The translations under genes and the position numbers were made by a program. This document shows positions 56,550 to 64,000 of a stretch of DNA of 64,000 nucleotides, one piece after another. Where the stretch lies: IMG/VR virus record IMGVR_UViG_2890449678_000009, positions 14,840-78,839 of that record. The stretch is one strand, 5' to 3'. Within the stretch, counting starts at the first letter, position 1. Each line of letters opens with the position of its first letter. The stretch comes from a virus. Lineage: Duplodnaviria > Caudoviricetes. The notes under the pieces were generated by a model that worked only from the letters and a program-made list of their open reading frames with translations, ran no database searches and was not told the DNA's origin.

Positions 56550-59366
56550 ATGCCATTTTATACCAAAGGGCCGGACGTTCTAAGCTCGGTTCAGAATGAA
56601 GGAGCCGCTGGTCAACAAAGCTCTTTAGGAGATTCACTGAAGGCCTCCTTCATGTCGGGCGTTCAGGCGATACCGATCGTCAGGATCAACCGAGCCCTTT
56701 ATCACGGGATCGAAAATACAGAAGGCGACCAGCTCAACCCAGAAGACGCGAACGCCCAATATGGCATTAAGGGCGCGTTGAGCTTTGATAAGCCTGTTTC
56801 CTCCAAATATGCCGACACGCTGCACCGCGAAAAACAAAGCGAGCTGATGCGTGAGACAACCATACGTAATGGTCCCAGCGGTGTTGTCAGTGCGGTCGCG
56901 AACATGGCAGCGGGCGCATTGCCGAGTTTTCTAGACCCCGTCAATGCGGCGTCTATGCTCGTTCCCGGCCTTGGGGAAACCCGCGTCAGCACAGGGCTAG
57001 GCATGGCTGCTGCCCGTGCTGAAGGCTGGGGCATGGAAGGGGCCGCTGATGGGCTCCTTAGTGCTGAGGGTGCTCATCGTTCTGTCGTTAACGCCCTTGA
57101 GGCGTCCCCCATCGGGCGCGTGGTTCAAGGGGCGAGCCAAGGCATGGCGGGGCAAACAGCCCTAGAGCCGCTGAACCTCTATCTTGATCGTGACGAACAT
57201 AATGATTGGACGATGGGCCAAGCGCTGACCAACATCGCCTTTGGTGGACTTATGGGCGGGGCCATGCATGGGATCAGTCATGCCGTCACTGATCGCTTTC
57301 AGCCAGAAGAAGCCCCACCCAATACCACACAAGAACGCTTAAACGGGATTAACCCTGATGTACGCGGGCAAGTTCTCGCTGAAAGCCTCGTTTCCCTCAG
57401 TAATGACCGCCCCAGCAATGCGGACAGTCTTCTTCATCTTCATGAACTCGACCAGACGCGGCGTGACCTGCAAAGCTGGATGGACACCCATGGTGGGAAC
57501 GATGGCGGGAACAACGACACACCAGCGCCCCCAGGACGCGGCACGCTGGAACAAGACCTAGCCGATCTGCACAAAAAGCACAGCGCCCTCTTACAAGAAG
57601 AAAATACGCCAGAACCGCAAGCTTCACCCGATACATCCACAGACAATAGGCGCCCTGCACGAAGTAACCAAGCGGCTTCACCATCCCTCTTTACCTTCCT
57701 GACCAAACATGGCGGGGTGCGTGATGAAGGCGGCGAGCTGAAAGCGAATGACCTGCATAAACAGCGTGTAGGGCTGGTGCGCCGCAATGGAGGGCTTCCC
57801 CTCGACCGAGCGCGAGAACTCGCTGAAGAAGCCGGCTATCTCAAACCGGGCGCGGATATTAACGACCTGCTCAATGCCATGACAGAAGAAGGGCATGGGC
57901 GCAAAGCCTATGCTGATGGCCTTGGTCCAGAACAGTCCACCCATCTTGACGACCCTGACCGTGAAGAGCACGCACGCTCTGCCGCTCATGATGACGTTGA
58001 GCTGGCTGCCTACGACCATGACATTCCCCTCACACCCGATCTGCACGCTCAAGCAGCAGAAGCGACCCTTGGTGGGGCCGACCCGCATGACGCGTTAGAA
58101 GATGCTCTCAAACATTCTTCTTATACGGATTGGCAGCAGTATCAGGAGAGCTTTGACAAAAGCCGTGCTGTTCAACAAGAGCGCCGCAACGCGAAGAAAC
58201 ACGCGTTACAAGCCCTGACAGAGCATCATTTAGGCCGATATGGCCAACGCCTTGATGCGGGTGTCACGTCTGATGATCTCACCTCTATGACGGATGCGCT
58301 ACTCAATAGCACGAACCCCGAAGAGGTCATAGAGCACGCATTAAGCCATCTGGAATCCAACCAAGGAAAAGGATTTGACCCACGATGGGAAGACACCCTC
58401 CATGACAGCTACCAACAGGCTTTGCAAAAACTCTCAGACCTGCAAGAAGGCGTCGGCTCTGACATTCTCCGTGCCCTGACCAACCCAGAAAGTCGTGAGG
58501 TTGCCGACAACCGCGCGGGCCTGGTCGCCAAAAAGGAAGGCGCCCCCACACCTGAAAGAAGCACTCGTTTTTCTCCCTTACCTACCACAGGCATTGACCA
58601 TCTCAATCTCTCAGAAGTTGGTGGCCACCCTGCTCTGATGGGCCATATGCCCGAGGGAATTGAAGGCGTGCCTCCTTGGCCTGTTGTGCTGGGGGATGGA
58701 GAGCATACAGTAAAACTAGATGCGAAAGGTCGCGATATTGGTGGTGGGCACGGTCGCGCCCATATCATGGCGCGGCATGGCGATGAGATTAAGAAACGTG
58801 GTTTTGAAGGGGCTGATGATTATATTCGCCATGTCATCCAAAATATAAACCAGCTTCGCAAAGATAATAACAACGGCTCCCTCTTCTCCGTCATTATGGG
58901 AGAGCGACAAACCGCTAATGCGAAGCATGACACCGCTATTCTTCATGTCAAAAGGGAAGACGGCTATTATCGTGTAGCCACAGCATCTACCTTCAAAACA
59001 AATTCTCTCACTAAAAAAGAGCTGCTGTGGGAAGGGCGTCGCACTACCCCTTCAGGTCTCAACGGGCATGACCATCCTCTCTTTGATCCTCGCGAACATA
59101 TGCCCGATGTTCCGAGGCGCGGAGCGACTGTCGAAGCCACAAGCAGTTCCAAGAATAGTGATTCACAATCCCCCAAAAGTCAAGACAATTCACTCCACGA
59201 GGCCCAAGCCTACGGGGCACAACTCGACCAGCAAATCGCCCTCTATGGCGATAAAACTATTTCCCCTGAAGAACTTGAAGAGGTGAAGCGAGCCCAGGCC
59301 CTCTCTGACGGGAATGCCGATGCTCTTTCTTCCGCCGCCGCTTGCCTGACAAGGACCGTACGATGA
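56550..59366 (+). CDS. Ejection/polyvalent protein with PBECR-like nuclease domain near the C-terminus
   Basis: LDPVN.A..LVPG N-terminal domain; about 58680-59035 PV.L..G.H....GG.G..HI.ARH..EI...YI..V..N...YYRV.TA....L.KKELLWEG. Confidence 0.78.
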   Translation: MPFYTKGPDVLSSVQNEGAAGQQSSLGDSLKASFMSGVQAIPIVRINRALYHGIENTEGDQLNPEDANAQYGIKGALSFDKPVSSKYADTLHREKQSELMRETTIRNGPSGVVSAVANMAAGALPSFLDPVNAASMLVPGLGETRVSTGLGMAAARAEGWGMEGAADGLLSAEGAHRSVVNALEASPIGRVVQGASQGMAGQTALEPLNLYLDRDEHNDWTMGQALTNIAFGGLMGGAMHGISHAVTDRFQPEEAPPNTTQERLNGINPDVRGQVLAESLVSLSNDRPSNADSLLHLHELDQTRRDLQSWMDTHGGNDGGNNDTPAPPGRGTLEQDLADLHKKHSALLQEENTPEPQASPDTSTDNRRPARSNQAASPSLFTFLTKHGGVRDEGGELKANDLHKQRVGLVRRNGGLPLDRARELAEEAGYLKPGADINDLLNAMTEEGHGRKAYADGLGPEQSTHLDDPDREEHARSAAHDDVELAAYDHDIPLTPDLHAQAAEATLGGADPHDALEDALKHSSYTDWQQYQESFDKSRAVQQERRNAKKHALQALTEHHLGRYGQRLDAGVTSDDLTSMTDALLNSTNPEEVIEHALSHLESNQGKGFDPRWEDTLHDSYQQALQKLSDLQEGVGSDILRALTNPESREVADNRAGLVAKKEGAPTPERSTRFSPLPTTGIDHLNLSEVGGHPALMGHMPEGIEGVPPWPVVLGDGEHTVKLDAKGRDIGGGHGRAHIMARHGDEIKKRGFEGADDYIRHVIQNINQLRKDNNNGSLFSVIMGERQTANAKHDTAILHVKREDGYYRVATASTFKTNSLTKKELLWEGRRTTPSGLNGHDHPLFDPREHMPDVPRRGATVEATSSSKNSDSQSPKSQDNSLHEAQAYGAQLDQQIALYGDKTISPEELEEVKRAQALSDGNADALSSAAACLTRTVR
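59011..59149 (-). ncRNA. Candidate antisense structured RNA embedded in the coding sequence just after the PBECR-like domain
   Basis: Closing stem 59019-30/59137-49, internal hairpins, GTCGC/GCGAC loop pairing, and a U6 tract at its antisense 3' end. Confidence 0.58.
59155..59183 (-). promoter_or_regulatory. Antisense sigma70-type promoter
   Basis: Minus strand TTGACT-17 nt-CACTAT; predicted +1 at about 59148-59149. Confidence 0.55.
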
Positions 59367-61879
59367 CCCAACATGACAACCCTTGCTATAATGAAGCTCA
59401 GAAAGCCGCTGGACGGGAAATGTCCAAGGCCGAACTTGATGAGATGTTTGGACGGCTGGACAAAGAAGCGGGCCGTTACATGCGCCAAGGACTTTCCCCG
59501 CAAGAAGCCCTCCAAAAAGCGGGGCTGAAGATGGCCGATGATGAACGGCTGGCTGGGATCATTAAAGCCAATTCAGACAAACGCAATCTCATTGCCCACG
59601 CGGCCATGCAAAAACGGATCATTGAAGGGGATGAAGCCGCCTCCCTAGAGGGTATCCTTGCGGGGCGGGAAAATGGAGAACGTGGCGCGGCGCTCTCCAT
59701 CGCCGCTAATGCTCATGGGCAAGAGCAGCAGGTGCTTGGCCCCCTTATGCATGATCTGGAACAAGCCGGTTTACTCAAGCCGCTTCTGGCCCGTGATGAG
59801 CAGTTCGACGCCGATGTAGGCCGGGAAATGTGGCGCTTAGATGCGCCGGAGGATTTCCCCGCTACCGGCAATAAGCAAGCCGAAAAAGCGGCCCGCATTC
59901 TCTCCGATGCTCAAGAGACCGTGCGTCTCATGCAGAACAAACAAGGCGCGTGGATTGGCAAGACAGACCATTATGTCACTCGGCAAAGCCATGACATGTG
60001 GAAAATTCGTGGCAATGAAACAGAAGCAGATTACCAGAAATGGCGCGACACCTTGGCCCCTCTTCTGGATGACCGCACCTTTGACACCATGGACGCCCGG
60101 CAATCACGTGACGAATTCCTCCACCAGACATGGCTCAGTCTCGCATCAGGCGATCATGACAATGCCAATGGCAAAGACTGGCTCTCTGGCTTTAAGGGGC
60201 CGGGGAACCTTGCCAAGCGTGTGAGTCAAAACCGTGTACTACTCTTCAAAGATGCCGATAGTTGGCTGACCTATAACAAAGCCTACGGTCAGGACCGTGT
60301 CATTGATAGCGTCATCAAAGGCCTACAAAAAGGCGCACGCAATGCCGCTGTGATGAGCGATCTTGGCACAAACCCGGAAGCCCTGTTTAACCGCCTGACT
60401 GATGAGGCCAAGCAAGCCGCACGAGCCCGTGGGGACTTTAAGATGCATGGGAAGCTGGAACGCCTTCAAAAGGGAGCGCTCCTAGATACCATCACAGGTC
60501 GGGCGCGTTTACCGGCCAATAAAACCATTGAGCAGATTGGGGCGTACGCCAGAACATGGAACCAGTTCACCAAACTTGGCGGCGTGATGATCTCTTCCCT
60601 GCCTGACTTGGCCGTGAATGCCTCTGTCCTTCGTCATAATGGTATTCCGCTTTTTGAGAGCTATTGGAACAGTTGTAAGGCCATTTGCCCAAGCTTAGGC
60701 AGCCGAAATGAGGCTGAACGTAAGGAGATTGCGCAGCTCCTCGGTGTGGGTATCCAAGGCCATCTTGGGGCCGTCATGAACCGTTTTGCGGCCAATGATG
60801 CCCCCTTGGGTCGGGCTAGCGATCTCATCAATAAATTCTACCGCCTCAACCTGTTGGAATATTGGACCGATAGCCATTCTGAAGGCATGGGGCTTATGCT
60901 GTCCCATAATCTTGGGCGCAATGCAGAGACGCCCTTTACCGCATTGGACAGCAAGCTACAACGCAGCCTCAAGCGCTTTGGGGTGGAAGAGCCAGAATGG
61001 CAGGTTATCCGCCATGCCACTAAAGAAGCGGGCGGGAATGCATATCTCCTCCCTACCGAAATCGCCAAGCTATCCGATGAGGCCGTAGCGCCGCTTATCG
61101 AGGCCGGACAAAGCGCTGACGACGTAAGGGAAAGCCTCACCAATAAGCTCTACACCTACATAACCGACCAAACGCGCGAAGGCATGACCGAACCCGATGT
61201 CCGCACGCAAGCCACATTCCGAGGGATTAGTAGCCGTCTCGATGAGGTTAGCCCAATCCTTGGCCAAGCGGCCCGTCTCATGCTGCAATTTAAGAGCTTC
61301 CCCATTACCCATATCCGCCGTGCTTATGCCCGTGAGGTGCAGCGCTTTGGGGTAGACTTGCCCGGTATTGTTCATATGATCGCTGGGACCACTCTGCTGG
61401 GCTATGTCGCCATGAACACCAAAGCACTTCTAGCTGGAAAAGAGCCCCACGACCCTTCCGATGTGCGCACATGGATGGCCGCCCTCCAACAAGGGGGCGG
61501 TGCTGGGATCTATGGTGACTTCCTCTTTGGACAACAAAGCCGCATGGGCAATAGCTTCCTCGAAACAGCGGCGGGGCCTACATTGTCCGATATGGCCAAA
61601 CTTGCCGGGGTCTTTACCGCCACGCGCGATGAAGCCACCGATAGCCCTGATGCACAAAAAACCAGCGCTTATCTCGCTAATCTTGTTCGTGTAGTGAGTG
61701 GGCAAATCCCAGGCGGTAATCTTCCCTTTATCAACATTGCCTTGAAATATTGCGTGATCTACCGCCTCCAAGACATGATTAACCCCGGCTACACGCAGCG
61801 CTATGAAAAACTCATGAAACGCAATCAAGGGCAAGAATTCTGGCTCTCCCCTCAATGGAGTCCTTATGGGGGGAATTAG
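59363..61879 (+). CDS. Large ejection (internal virion) protein
   Basis: G..IG....Y..Q.HD, RVL.FKDA..W..YN..YG, QFKSFP, QGGG.GIYGDFL. Confidence 0.85.
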   Translation: MTQHDNPCYNEAQKAAGREMSKAELDEMFGRLDKEAGRYMRQGLSPQEALQKAGLKMADDERLAGIIKANSDKRNLIAHAAMQKRIIEGDEAASLEGILAGRENGERGAALSIAANAHGQEQQVLGPLMHDLEQAGLLKPLLARDEQFDADVGREMWRLDAPEDFPATGNKQAEKAARILSDAQETVRLMQNKQGAWIGKTDHYVTRQSHDMWKIRGNETEADYQKWRDTLAPLLDDRTFDTMDARQSRDEFLHQTWLSLASGDHDNANGKDWLSGFKGPGNLAKRVSQNRVLLFKDADSWLTYNKAYGQDRVIDSVIKGLQKGARNAAVMSDLGTNPEALFNRLTDEAKQAARARGDFKMHGKLERLQKGALLDTITGRARLPANKTIEQIGAYARTWNQFTKLGGVMISSLPDLAVNASVLRHNGIPLFESYWNSCKAICPSLGSRNEAERKEIAQLLGVGIQGHLGAVMNRFAANDAPLGRASDLINKFYRLNLLEYWTDSHSEGMGLMLSHNLGRNAETPFTALDSKLQRSLKRFGVEEPEWQVIRHATKEAGGNAYLLPTEIAKLSDEAVAPLIEAGQSADDVRESLTNKLYTYITDQTREGMTEPDVRTQATFRGISSRLDEVSPILGQAARLMLQFKSFPITHIRRAYAREVQRFGVDLPGIVHMIAGTTLLGYVAMNTKALLAGKEPHDPSDVRTWMAALQQGGGAGIYGDFLFGQQSRMGNSFLETAAGPTLSDMAKLAGVFTATRDEATDSPDAQKTSAYLANLVRVVSGQIPGGNLPFINIALKYCVIYRLQDMINPGYTQRYEKLMKRNQGQEFWLSPQWSPYGGN

Positions 61880-61896
61880 TCGCCTCCACTCCTAAG

Positions 61897-61922
61897 TAGA
61901 ACTTAGAAACGTCTGTCATACC
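61897..61922 (+). promoter_or_regulatory. Podoviral late promoter copy 5 (lysis)
   Basis: TAGAACTTAGAAAC-N6-CATACC. Confidence 0.72.
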
Positions 61923-62036
61923 CGTTCTGGCAACAACGGAACGGATCTATGCGTGCTTTTTCTCTGTCTTTGGTCGGGTCTACTTTAGGCTGCGGCACCC
62001 CTCTTCCCTTTCATGATGGAAGGGAGGTTCGCGCTC

Positions 62037-62276
62037 ATGAATGACCAGTATCTGACCCGTGCTGAAGGCATTGAAATCAAGGCTGACATTAAAGCCGTTG
62101 AGGCCGATATGGCCGTTGTTAAGTCCCACCAAGCCGCCCAGCAACAAACGCTAGAGCAAATCCTCTCCCAAGTACAACGAGGCAATTCATGGCGCTCCAT
62201 GTTTATTGCCGGGGGCATTGCTGGGGCCGAAGCCATCGTCGCCGTTCTTCTTAAAATCTATCATATTGGAGTATGA
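62037..62276 (+). CDS. Coiled-coil protein with C-terminal TM (holin/antiholin candidate)
   Basis: GGAGG RBS; first full gene of the lysis cassette. Confidence 0.6.
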   Translation: MNDQYLTRAEGIEIKADIKAVEADMAVVKSHQAAQQQTLEQILSQVQRGNSWRSMFIAGGIAGAEAIVAVLLKIYHIGV

Positions 62277-62277
62277 C

Positions 62278-62691
62278 ATGGAGCCGCGCGGTATCCGCAA
62301 CAACAACCCCGGCAACCTCAACTATGTCGGCCAAGCTGGGGCTCATAAAGAGTTAGGCGATCATGGGCGTTTTGCCGTCTTTGCGACACCCGAAGCCGGT
62401 CTGATCGCTCTACGTGGGCAGCTTCTACGCTACCATCAGCGGGATGGACTAGACACGGTTTCAGCCATTATTGGCAAATGGGCACCCCCGACTGAGAACA
62501 ATACGACCGACTATATTGACGGCGTTTCCCATGCTCTCGGCGTGTCTCCCCAAGCGCCGTTAGGTAACTTCTCACCCCATCTTATCGCCGGTCTTATGCA
62601 GGCGATTATTATGATGGAAAATGGCAAGAACCCTTACGGAACGTTAATTAACACGGTGGCTGGCCTGTCTAATAAAGAGACCATCACATGA
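62278..62691 (+). CDS. Putative endolysin / lysozyme-like protein
   Basis: PRGIRNNNPGNL, FA.F.TPE.G, II.KWAPP.ENNT..Y, AII.MENG. Confidence 0.8.
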   Translation: MEPRGIRNNNPGNLNYVGQAGAHKELGDHGRFAVFATPEAGLIALRGQLLRYHQRDGLDTVSAIIGKWAPPTENNTTDYIDGVSHALGVSPQAPLGNFSPHLIAGLMQAIIMMENGKNPYGTLINTVAGLSNKETIT

Positions 62692-62945
62692 TGTCTCGTC
62701 TTTCGCGCCTTCGTCATTGGATCCAGCAACCCACGACACTCATCGGCCTTTCTCTCGTCATTGGTGGGATCGCAGGTGCGGCCACTGGAGCACTGAGTGG
62801 CGATATGGCCACCACCCTTCTGCTTTCATCGCTGCCTTCGCTGTTGCCGGATAATAGCACGGCACGCGCTACGGCCTCCGCGCTTATTCCACCTACGGTG
62901 GCAGCTCTTGAAAAACGCGCAGACACTCAGCCACCCCATACGTGA
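62688..62945 (+). CDS. Putative holin
   Basis: W.QQPTT..GL, two hydrophobic segments, LPDN. Confidence 0.6.
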   Translation: MMSRLSRLRHWIQQPTTLIGLSLVIGGIAGAATGALSGDMATTLLLSSLPSLLPDNSTARATASALIPPTVAALEKRADTQPPHT

Positions 62946-62987
62946 CTAAACGCGCTTTCTCCTCACTTACTCTATAAGGACACGATC

Positions 62988-63293
62988 ATGGAACCCAACA
63001 CGAACAACGCCACAACAGTGATGACCAAGCTTGTCACGCTTATTGAAAGCGTCATGGGCAATTCTGAGAGCAGCAAAACTAAAATGCTTCTGCACCTCGT
63101 TGCGACCGTTCTGGGAAGTATCGCTGAAGAAGGTGAGACGCTTCTTTCCGATAAGTTCGACACAAACGCCCTACTTGCTGGCATCCTACGCGTTGAAAAC
63201 GGCCTGACCGACGTTGAAGACGGCGTCAAGGATGTTATGGCCGCCCTCAAAGAGAAAAAGCCAACCGCGGCTCAGGTGGGATCAGCAGTATAA
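62988..63293 (+). CDS. Hypothetical protein
   Basis: AAGGA RBS; amphipathic helices. Confidence 0.6.
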   Translation: MEPNTNNATTVMTKLVTLIESVMGNSESSKTKMLLHLVATVLGSIAEEGETLLSDKFDTNALLAGILRVENGLTDVEDGVKDVMAALKEKKPTAAQVGSAV

Positions 63294-63480
63294 GTCACAG
63301 GCACGTGCAAAGGGAGGGCCTGGCCCTCCCAGCCCTGATAAGAAAATCAGTTAAAACTGGTAATTATCCGCCAAAAACGAACGAAAAATACTGAAAAGGG
63401 AATCATACCCTTTCCCCTTGGAAAACTACCAAAAACACCCTCTTAACACTCAAAGTGAATCACTCGTAAAGGAAGGCTAA

Positions 63481-63546
63481 ATGACCAACAAAGAAGGCTG
63501 GATTGATTCCCCCAACAAAGAAGGTTGGTTCGGAGAAGAACCATGA
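63481..63546 (+). CDS. 21-aa micro-ORF MTNKEGWIDSPNKEGWFGEEP
   Basis: AAGGAAGG RBS; ATGA overlap with the spanin-like gene; internal 27-bp duplication. Confidence 0.45.
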   Translation: MTNKEGWIDSPNKEGWFGEEP

Positions 63547-63776
63547 ACCCCTATTTCGCAGGAACCTTCATCCTTACGGTGCTCGGTTTCCTTACGGGCC
63601 TGATCGTCTATAGCAACCGATCCGGACGAAACAGCGCCCGCGTGGGCTCCGAACGCCAAGACGCAAGCGACGCCACCCAATCAGCAGAAGCCGCGCAACG
63701 GATGCTCGAAGCCCGCACGAACGGCATACGCTCTGACAATATGCTTATCGGTGATCTGGATAAGGGGACATTCTGA
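63543..63776 (+). CDS. Putative i-spanin
   Basis: N-terminal TM, helical, ends in GTF like 14812-15039. Confidence 0.62.
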   Translation: MNPYFAGTFILTVLGFLTGLIVYSNRSGRNSARVGSERQDASDATQSAEAAQRMLEARTNGIRSDNMLIGDLDKGTF

Positions 63777-64000
63777 TGAAGCGCTTTTATCTGGTCGCTG
63801 CCATACTTGCTCTGACAGCTTGTACGCCCACTCGCTACAAGCCCCTCTGCCCTCCCTTGGTGCATTACACAGCGCAGGAAGAACGGCAGGCGGCGGAAGA
63901 GCTACGTACTCACCCTGAGTTGCACGAACTGCCCGCTATGATGCGGGATTATGGGAATGAAAGGAGGGAGATGCGTGGGGACTGTTTCCCCACACAATGA
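63776..64000 (+). CDS. Putative o-spanin lipoprotein
   Basis: Lipobox LTAC; LCPPLVHY...RDYG..R. Confidence 0.68.
   Translation: MKRFYLVAAILALTACTPTRYKPLCPPLVHYTAQEERQAAEELRTHPELHELPAMMRDYGNERREMRGDCFPTQ

Larger units (their letters stand above)
38540..64000 (+). mobile_element. BPP-1/epsilon15-like podoviral prophage, late region, continuing past the window end
   Basis: terS fragment, terL, head-tail connector, scaffold, capsid, cement, tail tubular A/B, tailspike, large ejection proteins and lysis genes; no tape measure or sheath. Confidence 0.9.

Noticed and set aside
59019-59149. tmRNA fragment or attachment site
   Set aside because: Only a short GGCTTCGAC resemblance is present, with no tag reading frame or CCA end, and the region is in-frame coding sequence.
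38540-64000. Diversity-generating retroelement, expected from the BPP-1-like architecture
   Set aside because: No reverse transcriptase and no TR/VR pair with adenine-specific mismatches was seen in the window; the fibre repeats are plain tandem duplications.

Overview
The window is entirely prophage DNA (roughly 55-60% GC by eye, with AT-rich morons). The host is probably an alphaproteobacterium, perhaps an acetic-acid bacterium; that is inference only. Bases 1-38539 are a nearly complete Mu-like transposable myovirus: repressor, ner, A, B, semi-essential region, Mor/C activator, lysis, head, contractile tail, fibre and a dam remnant. Its left end lies outside the window. Its right end (...GTCGCGCTACA) interrupts the small terminase gene of a second, BPP-1/epsilon15-like podoviral prophage, whose late region (terL, portal, capsid, tail, ejection proteins, lysis) fills 38540-64000. 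The most interesting signal is that both unrelated phages carry a virion protein with a PBECR-like (Barnase/EndoU/colicin E5-D/RelE fold) nuclease domain followed directly by a 100-130 nt multi-stem, loop-loop pseudoknotted, tRNA-shaped element with its own antisense sigma70-type promoter. This is a candidate RNA-antitoxin or ribonucleoprotein system. Other observations: each phage has a repeated late-promoter motif (3 and 5 copies) whose -10 box lies in a hairpin masking the downstream RBS/AUG; a fibre gene with 4 x 528-bp repeats; fibre-tip/chaperone and spanin modules shared between the two phages; and morons including an R-S-E ADP-ribosyltransferase-like protein, a secreted nuclease and a PycTM-like membrane protein. 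All family assignments come from motif recognition and synteny, not database searches.
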